Notes under the pieces: generated by a model
Database searches by the model: none
What the model was told of the DNA's origin: nothing
Seen by the model: the letters and a program-made list of their open reading frames with translations, nothing else
Translations under genes and position numbers: made by a program
From: Synergistota bacterium
GTDB taxonomy: Bacteria; Synergistota; Synergistia; Synergistales; 79-D21
Assembly: GCA_022839995.1 (NCBI GenBank)
Contig: JALHIN010000005.1
Location: forward strand, 11,878-75,877
Length of the DNA stretch: 64,000 nucleotides
Reading direction: 5' to 3'
Shown: one piece after another, positions 37,714 to 46,165 of the stretch
Layout: every line of letters begins with the position of its first letter
Numbering within the stretch: the stretch's first letter is position 1

Positions 37714-38403
37714 GTGGCCTTGAAGCCTGCATTCCTTGAAGGGGAACTGTCGCCCGCCGAAGCAGTGGCCCTGCAGCTCGAACTGGCAGGGAAGGTCGTC
37801 CCGGAAGACGGATTTTCCGGGATGCCCCTCAGTGTGGCAGGTGTCGACGTTTCGATCCGCAAGTCCCCCGGGGGGGATCGGGCCATCGCTTGCATCGCGG
37901 TGATGGAATGGGGAACCTGGCGGGTTCTCTCGGTTGCCGTCGCCGAGGACCGGGTGCGCTTTCCCTACATTCCGGGCCTTCTTTCCTTTCGCGAACTCCC
38001 GGTGATCCTCAAGGCGGCGGAACGTCTTTCGGAGTGGCCAGGGCTTTTCATGGTGGACGGGGCCGGAATGGCCCACCCCAGGTTTTTCGGCCTTGCCTGT
38101 CACCTGGGGGTCGTCTCGGGGTGCCCGTCCGTCGGGGTGGCCAAGAGCCGGCTGGTCGGAACCCATGATCCTCTCCCGGAAGGCCGGGGCTCGCGTGTTC
38201 CCCTGCTTGTCGGCGGGAGGGTGGCGGGAACCGTCCTCCGGTCGCGCTCCGGTGTTCGCCCTCTCTACGTGAGCCCCGGCCATCTCGTTTCCCTGGAAAC
38301 CAGCGCGGATCTTGTCCTGGCCTCGTGCACCCGCTTCCGGCTTCCCGAGCCGGTTCGGGCGGCCCATAAGCTGGCAGGGGATCAAAACCTTCTGTATTCT
38401 TAA
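37714..38403 (+). CDS. nfi: endonuclease V (deoxyinosine 3' endonuclease)
   Basis: VAGVDVS, FPYIPGLLSFRELP and MVDGAGMAHPRFFGLACHLGV motifs. TTG start. Confidence 0.85.
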   Translation: MALKPAFLEGELSPAEAVALQLELAGKVVPEDGFSGMPLSVAGVDVSIRKSPGGDRAIACIAVMEWGTWRVLSVAVAEDRVRFPYIPGLLSFRELPVILKAAERLSEWPGLFMVDGAGMAHPRFFGLACHLGVVSGCPSVGVAKSRLVGTHDPLPEGRGSRVPLLVGGRVAGTVLRSRSGVRPLYVSPGHLVSLETSADLVLASCTRFRLPEPVRAAHKLAGDQNLLYS

Positions 38404-38491
38404 TACCCCGAACTCTTGCAAAAGGTCGGGGTGTCGTTGATGATACGAAAGCAAAAAGCCATCCCAATTTTTCAAAAGAGGTGACCTGTGC

Positions 38492-39391
38492 GTGCTGATC
38501 ACGATCGCGGATCCGTTTGACCCTTCCCTTCCCCAGAAACTGGGCGAGTTCGGGGAAGTGGCGACAGGACTGGACCGGCTGGAAGAGACCGACGTCCTCC
38601 TGGTCCGGAGCAAGACGAAGGTGACGCGGGAAATGCTGGAAAGGGCCCCGAAGCTGAAGCTGGTCATCCGGGGAGGAGTGGGAATCGACACGATCGACAC
38701 GAAAGCGGCTGCCGAGCGGAAAGTTCTGGTTAAGAACACCCCGAAGGCTTCCTCGATCACGGTGGCGGAACTGGCTTTTGCCCTCATGCTGGCGGCTCCG
38801 ACGCGCCTCATCGAGGCCCACATCAGCATGTGCCAGGGGAAATGGGAAAAGAACGAACTGAAGCGCACGGAGCTTTTCGGCAAGAACCTGACGTTGATCG
38901 GGCTGGGGAACATCGCTAGCGAAGTGGCCAAGAGGGCTATCGCTTTCGGCATGAAGGTCTACGCCTATGATCCGCTCGTACCGGCGCAGCGGGCGGAGGA
39001 ACTGGGTGTCACGCTCGTAGCGGACCTGAAGGAGGCCCTTTCCAAGGCCGATTACGTTTCGATTCACGTTCCGCTCGTGGAGGGCACGAAAAACCTCATC
39101 AACAAGGAAACACTTTCGGTCATGAAGAAGGGCGCCGTCCTGGTGAACACGGCCAGGGCAGGCGTCATCGTTGCGGAGGATGTCCTCGAGGCGCTCGAGA
39201 GCGGACAGCTGTCCTACTACTGCGCGGACGTCTGGCCAACGGATCCGCCCTCCCCGGACTACCCCATCCTGAAGTCCAGCCGGGTCTTCATGGTGCCGCA
39301 CCTCGGAGCCAACAGCAAGGAAAACCTTCTTCGCATCGGCGAGGAGGTTTGCTCCATCATTCGCGAAGCCCAGAAGGAAGGAGTGTTGTAA
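38492..39391 (+). CDS. serA: D-3-phosphoglycerate dehydrogenase, short form (no ACT domain)
   Basis: 2-hydroxyacid dehydrogenase fold (GLGNIASEVAKRA, NTARAG, PHLGANS). Operon context with serC. GTG start. Confidence 0.8.
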   Translation: MLITIADPFDPSLPQKLGEFGEVATGLDRLEETDVLLVRSKTKVTREMLERAPKLKLVIRGGVGIDTIDTKAAAERKVLVKNTPKASSITVAELAFALMLAAPTRLIEAHISMCQGKWEKNELKRTELFGKNLTLIGLGNIASEVAKRAIAFGMKVYAYDPLVPAQRAEELGVTLVADLKEALSKADYVSIHVPLVEGTKNLINKETLSVMKKGAVLVNTARAGVIVAEDVLEALESGQLSYYCADVWPTDPPSPDYPILKSSRVFMVPHLGANSKENLLRIGEEVCSIIREAQKEGVL

Positions 39392-39392
39392 G

Positions 39393-40478
39393 ATGCCCCG
39401 CAAACTCAATTTCCACGCCGGCCCCTCGACGCTTCCGCTGGAAGTCCTGGAGGAACTCCAGGAAAACATGGTCGACTTCCAGGGAACGGGCCTGTCCCTG
39501 ATCGAGGAAAGCCACCGAAGCGCCAACTACGAAGCCGTTCACAACGGTGCGATCCAGCTGTTCCGTGAACTTTTCTCCGTGCCGGAGAACACCGACATCC
39601 TGTTCCTCGGGGGAGGCGCAACCCTTCAGTTCGCCATGATCCCGATGAACTTCCTACCGCAGGGGAAAACGGCCGAGTACGTGGCGACAGGAACCTGGTC
39701 GAAAAAGGCCATCGAGGACGCGAAGAAGCTTGGTAGCGTCCGGGTCGTCTTCGACGGGAAGGAGAGCGGCTACACGACCCTGCCGGATCCCTCCTCCATG
39801 AAGGTCGATCCTGATGCGGCCTACCTCCACATCACGGCCAACGAAACGATCGGCGGCCTCGAGTGGAAGGACTGGCCCGAAACGGGCGACGTTCCGCTGG
39901 TCTGCGACATGTCCAGCGACATCCTGAGCCGGCCGGTCCCCGTGGAGAAGTTCGCCCTGATCTACGCGGGGGCCCAGAAGAACCTGGGACCCGCCGGGAC
40001 GACCGTCGTCATCCTCAGGAAAGACATGCTCGACCGGATTCCCGATACGCTTCCGGCCTACCTGAGCTACAAGAACCACGCGGCCAACAATTCCCTCTAC
40101 AACACGCCGCCCGTTTTCGCCATCTGGACGATCAAGCTGGTCCTCGAGCACATGAAGAAAAACGGCGGGCTGGCTGCCGTGGCCGAGCGCAACCTGAAGA
40201 AGGCCGGGCTCGTGTACGGGGTCATCGATTCCAGCGGGGGATTCTACCGTTCGCCGGTCGATGCCCGGTACCGTTCGAACATGAACATCGTCTTCCGGCT
40301 CCCGACGGAAGAGCTTGAGAAGAAATTCATCGACGAGGCCAAGGCCGCCGGCATGATCGGGCTGAAGGGACACCGCAGCGTCGGCGGGTGCCGGGCTTCT
40401 CTCTACAACGCCATGACCCTCGAAGGCGCGGAAGCGCTGGCGGCCTTCATGAAGGAATTCGCGGCGAAGAACGGCTAG
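39393..40478 (+). CDS. serC: 3-phosphoserine/phosphohydroxythreonine aminotransferase
   Basis: The N-terminal MPRKLNFHAGPSTLPLEVLEE is SerC-like. The YAGAQKNLGPAG motif carries the PLP lysine. Confidence 0.9.
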   Translation: MPRKLNFHAGPSTLPLEVLEELQENMVDFQGTGLSLIEESHRSANYEAVHNGAIQLFRELFSVPENTDILFLGGGATLQFAMIPMNFLPQGKTAEYVATGTWSKKAIEDAKKLGSVRVVFDGKESGYTTLPDPSSMKVDPDAAYLHITANETIGGLEWKDWPETGDVPLVCDMSSDILSRPVPVEKFALIYAGAQKNLGPAGTTVVILRKDMLDRIPDTLPAYLSYKNHAANNSLYNTPPVFAIWTIKLVLEHMKKNGGLAAVAERNLKKAGLVYGVIDSSGGFYRSPVDARYRSNMNIVFRLPTEELEKKFIDEAKAAGMIGLKGHRSVGGCRASLYNAMTLEGAEALAAFMKEFAAKNG

Positions 40479-40487
40479 GGGTCGACG

Positions 40488-41759
40488 ATGGAAGACGTCA
40501 AGGTTCGACTCGAAAAGATCGGCATCGGGCTCCCGGAAATCCTGCTCCCGAAGGCCGGGACGGACCTGTCGAAATGGTCGGTGGTGGCCTGCGACCAGTT
40601 CTCGTCCGAGCGCCACTACTGGGAGCAGGTGAAGGAGATCGTGGGCGACGCCCCGTCGACCCTGCGCCTGATCCTGCCCGAATGCTACCTCGAGGACGGG
40701 GACACGGAAGCCCGTGTCGCAAAGATCAACGAGGAAATGGTGCGGGTTCTCGAAACCGTGCTCGAACCCCATGAAAACGGGTTTGTCCTCATCGACCGCA
40801 AGACCGCCCATGCCGGTTCACGCAAGGGGCTTGTCCTTGCGGTGGACCTCGAGGCCTACAGTTTCGAGGCAGGGGCCGCCTCGCTGATCCGCCCGACCGA
40901 AGGAACGATCCTGAAAAGGCTTCCTCCCCGCATGGCCATCCGCCGGGGGGCGACCCTGGACCTCCCGCACATCCTGCTTCTGCTCGACGATCCGGGCAGG
41001 ACGGTCATCGAGCCTCTCTTTGCCGCCAGGGAAAAGTTCCGCAAGCTCTACGAGTTCGAACTCATGCAGGGCGGGGGGGCGATCACGGGTTGGCACGTCC
41101 CTGCGGAGGCCCTGGAAGGCGCGGTGTCCGCACTGGAAAACCTGGCTCGCGGCGGATTCCTCTTCGCCGTGGGGGACGGGAACCACTCCCTGGCCGCCGC
41201 AAAGAGCCTCTGGGAGGAGAAGAAGGCTGCCGGGGCGAGCTTTGACGATCCGGCCCGGTGGGCTCTCGTGGAGGTGGAGAACATCCACGACGAGGGGCTG
41301 CACTTCCACCCGATCCACCGCGTGCTTTTCGGAGTGGACGCAGGCGCCTTGCTGGAAGAGATGAAGGAGGCGTTGTCCGGAAGGGTCGAGGAGGGGCTTG
41401 CCGAGCCGACCCCGAAGACCCCGGCCGGGCACGTCATCGGGGTGCTCACCGAGAAGGGCGATGCCCGCTTCGTGTTCGACCCGAGGGAGGAACGCATGAC
41501 CGTGGAATTCTTCCAGGAATTCCTTGACGCCTACCTGGCGAAGCATCCCGAGGTGTCGATCGACTACATCCACGGGGAGGAAGCCGTACGGGAAATGGGG
41601 ACGAAACCCGGCAACGCGGGGTTCTACATGCCCCCTCTCGACAAGTCCTCCTTCTTCAGGCGGATGGTCGAAGTGGGGCCCTACCCGAGGAAGACCTTCT
41701 CCATCGGAGAAGCCACCGAGAAACGATATTACCTGGAAAGCCGGAAACTGGTCCGGTAG
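40488..41759 (+). CDS. DUF1015 family protein
   Basis: 423 aa. WSVVACDQF and VGDGNHSLAAAK motifs as I recall them for DUF1015. Nine nt after serC. Confidence 0.75.
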   Translation: MEDVKVRLEKIGIGLPEILLPKAGTDLSKWSVVACDQFSSERHYWEQVKEIVGDAPSTLRLILPECYLEDGDTEARVAKINEEMVRVLETVLEPHENGFVLIDRKTAHAGSRKGLVLAVDLEAYSFEAGAASLIRPTEGTILKRLPPRMAIRRGATLDLPHILLLLDDPGRTVIEPLFAAREKFRKLYEFELMQGGGAITGWHVPAEALEGAVSALENLARGGFLFAVGDGNHSLAAAKSLWEEKKAAGASFDDPARWALVEVENIHDEGLHFHPIHRVLFGVDAGALLEEMKEALSGRVEEGLAEPTPKTPAGHVIGVLTEKGDARFVFDPREERMTVEFFQEFLDAYLAKHPEVSIDYIHGEEAVREMGTKPGNAGFYMPPLDKSSFFRRMVEVGPYPRKTFSIGEATEKRYYLESRKLVR

Positions 41760-41775
41760 AAATGCCTGGAACGCG

Positions 41776-41807
41776 AAAGGGGACCCCCGAGGGGTCCCCT
41801 TTTTTTC
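41776..41807 (+). terminator. rho-independent terminator after the serA-serC-DUF1015 operon
   Basis: aaaggggacccc-cga-ggggtcccctttttttt. Confidence 0.85.
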
Positions 41808-41905
41808 TTCCCTAGGAAACGCCATGCGGTGCTATACTTTTCTATGATGGTTTTTTAATTGGCTGTCATCTAGAGAAAAAACGATCGAAAAGGGGGGCTT
41901 TTTTC

Positions 41906-42736
41906 ATGAGAAGGATTCCGAGACTGTCGCTGCTGTTGCTCGTCGTTTCGCTCCTTGCCTTTGCCGGTGCGGCCTGGGGGGTGAGCGCCCTTTCCCTGGA
42001 TTATCCTGGAGAAGGGGCCGACTCCGTCAGCACGAGCTTCAATTTATAGTGGACCCTCACGCATGATGTCGACGTGACCAGCCCGGATCTCGCCAGTTAC
42101 GACCTTTACCTGTCCAAGACGCTGTCGGGCCTTGGCACGAGTCCGTTGTCCCTGGGTATGACCTTCGCCGGATATGCCGGAACGGCTCCGTCCGGTACGC
42201 TTGACGAGGATTCCCTCTATTTCTGGAAGGTCGTCGCCCACACGCCCTCGGGGGACGTCGGTGCGACAAGTTTCTTCATGACCCAGGGCGAGGACGCCAG
42301 CTTGGTGCTGAAGAGCCCATCGAACGGCCAGATCGGGGTTGCCCCCCAGAACGTCGAATTCAAGTGGGAATTCGACTCCGGGAACGAAAGCCTGACCGCT
42401 TCGGATGTCACCTTCGACCTGTACCTCTCGGACAAATACGAGACCATTTTCGACGGGGCGCCGAAGAGGTCGGGGATAGTGGCCCTTGATCCCGACGTTG
42501 TCGACGGGGTCTTCAGCGTGACGATCAACCAGTCGGTCGGTTACGGCAAGCACTACTGGACGGTTGTCGCCCATGTGGCCGGCGATGGGGATTTCACCAC
42601 CTCCCCGCATTCCTTCACGACCCTCTCCGAGGCCTCCGACCCGAACCTGTCGGGCGGCTGCTCCGCGGCTCCGCTGGGCGGGCTGGCGGCCATGGCCCTC
42701 TTGGCAGGCCTGGCTTTGGTGAAGCGCCGCAACTAG
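41906..42736 (+). pseudogene. secreted two-repeat (FN3-like) protein with a Synerg-CTERM-like sorting tail, interrupted by one in-frame TAG at 42047-42049
   Basis: ATG 41906 with an AAGGGGGG SD gives signal peptide MRRIPRLSLLLLVVSLLAFAGAAWG. The same frame continues after the TAG into the 42074..42736 track ORF. The C-terminus SGGCSAAPLGGLAAMALLAGLALVKRRN has motif, TM segment and basic cluster. Confidence 0.6.
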
Positions 42737-42757
42737 AGCTGAAGCCTCAAACCGAAA

Positions 42758-42805
42758 GCAAAAGAGAGGGACCCGGGCTGAGATGCCCGGGTCCCTCTCT
42801 TTTGC
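42758..42805. terminator. bidirectional terminator (21-bp perfect stem) between convergent genes
   Basis: gcaaaagagagggacccgggc-tgagat-gcccgggtccctctcttttgc. The arms carry A/T-rich ends that give U-runs in both directions. Confidence 0.8.
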
Positions 42806-42820
42806 TTGGCTGTCCTTTTC

Positions 42821-45181
42821 CTAGAAGCCTTCCTGGGCCGTGCGGGCGATGATCTCCTCCTGGTGGTACTGGTCCAGGTCCACGAAGTAGTCGCTGTAGC
42901 CCGCCACCCGGACGAGGAGGTCGCGGTAGTTCTCCGGGTGCTTCTGGGCATCTCGCAGGGTGTCGGAGTCCACCACGTTGAACTGCATGTGGTGACCCCC
43001 CAGGCGGAAGTACGTGCGGATCAGCTGGCAGAGGGCATCGACTCCCTCTTCCCCCGCAAGGACGGAGGGAAGGAACCTCTGGTTCAGCAGCGTGCCGCCC
43101 GACTTGACCTGGTCCATCTTGGCCAGCGATTTCACGACGGCCGTCGGACCGTGGCGGTCGGCCCCGTGGGACGGGGAAGTCCCGTCGGATTCGGGCAGGT
43201 GCGCGAAACGCCCGTTGGGCGTGGCCCCGAGCTTTTTCCCGAAGTAGACGTGGCAGGTCGTGGAGAGCATGTTCAGGTGGTAGGTCGGGCCCTTGGGGCT
43301 GTGCTGCCCTTCGATGGTCCTAAACAGGGAATCGTAAACCCGCTGCATGATCGAATCGGCGTAATCGTCGTCGTTGCCGAAGAACGGAGTCTTGTTCCAG
43401 ACGAACTGCCTCAGGGGTTCGTCGCCTTCCCAGTTCTTCCTGAGGGCTTCGAGGAGGGTCTTCATGGGGATCGTGTTGTCCTCGAAGACGTGCTTCTTCA
43501 GCACCGCCAGGCTGTCCGTGATGGTGCCGATGCCGCAGCACTGGATGTAGTCGGAGTTGTAGCGGGCCCCGCCGTCGTAGTAGTCGCGGCCGTTCTTGAT
43601 GCAGTCGTTGATCACCACGGAAAGGAAGGGGGCCGGGGCGTAGGTGGCAAACATCCGCTGCAGGAAGTTGTCGACCTCGATCTTCGTTTCGACCACGTAG
43701 CGCAGCTGCTTCTCGAAGGCCGCGTAGAGTTCGTCGAAAGTGGCGAAGCTTTCCGGGTCGCCCGTTTCCAGCCCGACCTTCTTGCCGGTGAGGGGATCCA
43801 CGCCGTTGTTCAGGGTCAGTTCGAGGATTTTCGGAACGTTGAGATAGCCGTGGAGGATGTAGGCTTCCTTGCCGAAGGCTCCCGTTTCAACGCATCCGCT
43901 GGTGCCTCCTTCGCGGGCGTCCTCGGGAGTCTTTCCGACGCGGATCTGTTCCGCGATGACCATGTCCGCGTTGAAAACCGAGGGGTAGCCGGAGCCGCGG
44001 CGGATCACCTTCGCGGCGAACTTCAGGAACGCGTCGGGGGTTTTGGCGCTGATCTGGACGCTCACCTGCGGCTGCAAAAGCTGGAGTTCGTCCAGGACCT
44101 CCAGGATCAGGGTCGAAACCTCGCTCGACCCGTCGGTGCCGTCCGCCTTCAGCCCTCCCAGGTTGATCTGGGTGAAGTCGTTGTAGGTGCCGCTTTCCGC
44201 GGCCGTGACGCCGACCTTCGGGGGAGCCGGGGTGTTGTTCACCTTGATCCAGAAGCAGGAAAGCAGCTCTCGGGCTCCTTCCCGGTCCAGGATCCCCTCC
44301 GCGAGGTCTTTCTCGTAGAAAGGAGCGAGGTGCTGGTCAAGGTGCCCCGGGCTCATGGCATCCCAGCCGTTGAGTTCGGTGATCGTCCCGAGATGGACGA
44401 ACCAGTACATCTGCAGGGCTTCCCAGAAATTCCGCGGGGCATGGGCGGGGACCCAGCGGCAGACCGAGGCGATCTTCAGGAGCTCGGCCTTGCGCCGCGG
44501 ATCCTTTTCCTCGGCGGCCATCTTCTCCGCCAGGTCCGCGTGACGCTCCGCGAAGAGGATCGCCGCGTCGCAGGAGATGTCCATGGCGGTCAGTTCTTCG
44601 GCTTTCTCCGTGGCATGGGGGTCGTTGAGATAATCGAGGCGTGCCTTGCTCTCGGCGATCTCCCTCTTGAAGTCGAGCATGCCCTTTCGGTAGATGGTCC
44701 CGTCCAGGGCCGTGTGTCCAGGGGCCCTCTGCTCCATGAACTCCGTGAAAAGGCCGGCTTCGTACAGGGCCTTCCATTTCCCGGGGATCTGGGCAAAGGC
44801 CTTGTCGCGCATGCTCCGTCCCCGCCAGTAGGGGATGACCTTCTCCGCGTAGAGGTCGATGTCTTCCGGGGAAACGGAATAGCTCGTCATCTTCCGGGAG
44901 TTGAGGATTTCCAGGTCCTCCCGGGAATGGCAATTGAGCTCGGGGAAGGTGGACACCGCCTTGGGAGCCGGTCCCCGTTCCCCGACGATCAGCTCGTCCG
45001 GGCCGATGTAGATCGTCTTTTTCTCGCAGAGGTTCTTGAAATTCATCGCGCGCATGACGGGAGTCGAGAATTTCCCCGCGTTTTCCTGGTAGAACTCGGT
45101 TACCAGAAGGGCCCGTTCGATGGAGATGGACGGGTGGGTTTCGAAACTTTCCTTCCTGAGCCTGGCAATGCGGTCGTTCAT
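42821..45181 (-). CDS. glycyl-radical enzyme, PFL2/eliminase class (candidate trans-4-hydroxy-L-proline dehydratase)
   Basis: 786 aa from MNDRIARLRKESF (AGGAGGG SD). Cys-loop GGTSGCVETG and C-terminal glycyl radical motif RVAGYSDYF. The track start at 45298 overlaps the activase gene. Confidence 0.9.
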   Translation of the reverse strand: MNDRIARLRKESFETHPSISIERALLVTEFYQENAGKFSTPVMRAMNFKNLCEKKTIYIGPDELIVGERGPAPKAVSTFPELNCHSREDLEILNSRKMTSYSVSPEDIDLYAEKVIPYWRGRSMRDKAFAQIPGKWKALYEAGLFTEFMEQRAPGHTALDGTIYRKGMLDFKREIAESKARLDYLNDPHATEKAEELTAMDISCDAAILFAERHADLAEKMAAEEKDPRRKAELLKIASVCRWVPAHAPRNFWEALQMYWFVHLGTITELNGWDAMSPGHLDQHLAPFYEKDLAEGILDREGARELLSCFWIKVNNTPAPPKVGVTAAESGTYNDFTQINLGGLKADGTDGSSEVSTLILEVLDELQLLQPQVSVQISAKTPDAFLKFAAKVIRRGSGYPSVFNADMVIAEQIRVGKTPEDAREGGTSGCVETGAFGKEAYILHGYLNVPKILELTLNNGVDPLTGKKVGLETGDPESFATFDELYAAFEKQLRYVVETKIEVDNFLQRMFATYAPAPFLSVVINDCIKNGRDYYDGGARYNSDYIQCCGIGTITDSLAVLKKHVFEDNTIPMKTLLEALRKNWEGDEPLRQFVWNKTPFFGNDDDYADSIMQRVYDSLFRTIEGQHSPKGPTYHLNMLSTTCHVYFGKKLGATPNGRFAHLPESDGTSPSHGADRHGPTAVVKSLAKMDQVKSGGTLLNQRFLPSVLAGEEGVDALCQLIRTYFRLGGHHMQFNVVDSDTLRDAQKHPENYRDLLVRVAGYSDYFVDLDQYHQEEIIARTAQEGF

Positions 45182-45186
45182 GCCTT

Positions 45187-46092
45187 TCACCCTCCTATGA
45201 GGACATTGAGTCCAAATGACTTCAGGCTTTGCGCCGCGGCTTCCTGCGCCTCCGCGCTGGGCGGAAGGGTGTCCGGAAGGCGGTAGGCGATTCCCCACTT
45301 CGCGTACTTGTTGCGGCCCGCGGCATGGTACGGGAGCAGGTGTACGGAAACGACTCCTTTCAGGGCCGCGACGAACCGGCCCGTCTGCCGCAGGTTTTCT
45401 TCATCGTCGTTGATTCCGGGGATCAGGGGGATCCGGATTGCGACCCGGGCCCCCGAATCGGTGAGCGCCTTCAGGTTTTCCAGGATCAGGGTGTTGTCGA
45501 CGCCGGTGTAAAGCTTGTGTTTCTCGGGATCCATGTGCTTGATGTCGTAAAGGAAGAGGTCGGCCAGGCGGGCGGTCTCCAGCAGGACCGAGGTCTGGGC
45601 GAAGCCCGTGGTGTCCACTGCCGTGTGGATCTGCAGTTTCCGGCAGCCTTCCAGGAGCTCCCAGAGGAAATCCGGCTGGAGGAGCGGCTCGCCGCCGGAA
45701 AAGGTGGCCCCGCCGCCGGATTCGTCGTAGAAGGGGATGTCTTTCCGGATAACCTCCAGCACCTCGCCCGAAGTCATCACGCGCCCCACCCTTTCCCGGG
45801 CGGTGGACGGGCAAGCATCCGCGCAGGCTCCGCAGCCGGTGCAAAGGGAAGGGTCGGCGAAGAAACCTTCCGGCGTGGCAGTGATGGCTCCGAGGGGGCA
45901 AGCCTTGAGGCAGGCTCCGCAGCCGATGCACCTCTCGGGCCGGTACAGGACGGCGGGCTGGGGAGAAATGCTCTCTGGGTTGTGGCACCACCAGCAGGAC
46001 AACGGGCAACCCTTCAGGAACACGGTTGTGCGGATGCCGGGCCCGTCGTGGATGGAATACTTTTTGAAGTCGAACACGATGCCGCTTTTCAT
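45187..46092 (-). CDS. glycyl-radical enzyme activating protein (radical SAM with two auxiliary ferredoxin-type clusters)
   Basis: CPLSCWWCHNPE radical-SAM cluster, then CIGCGACLKACP and CTGCGACADACP. Preferred start is ATG 46092, with an AAAGGGGAA SD. It ends 5 nt before the GRE start. Confidence 0.9.
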   Translation of the reverse strand: MKSGIVFDFKKYSIHDGPGIRTTVFLKGCPLSCWWCHNPESISPQPAVLYRPERCIGCGACLKACPLGAITATPEGFFADPSLCTGCGACADACPSTARERVGRVMTSGEVLEVIRKDIPFYDESGGGATFSGGEPLLQPDFLWELLEGCRKLQIHTAVDTTGFAQTSVLLETARLADLFLYDIKHMDPEKHKLYTGVDNTLILENLKALTDSGARVAIRIPLIPGINDDEENLRQTGRFVAALKGVVSVHLLPYHAAGRNKYAKWGIAYRLPDTLPPSAEAQEAAAQSLKSFGLNVLIGG

Positions 46093-46165
46093 GGCAGGTT
46101 CCCCTTTTTGAAAACCCACTTTCGGGGCTTTCGCTGATACATCATATATCAGTTGGGGAAACCCG

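Noticed and set aside
42047-42049. Pyrrolysine decoding of the in-frame TAG.
   Set aside because: No methylamine methyltransferase or pyl genes are in the window, and the host protein is an ordinary secreted repeat protein. A nonsense mutation or a sequencing error is more parsimonious, so this is kept only as a remote alternative.
42806-45286. 826-aa plus-strand ORF.
   Set aside because: It is the antisense shadow of the glycyl-radical enzyme gene. The translation is Val/Gly/Arg/Asp-rich with no motifs, whereas the minus strand carries the GCVE and RVAGYS signatures.
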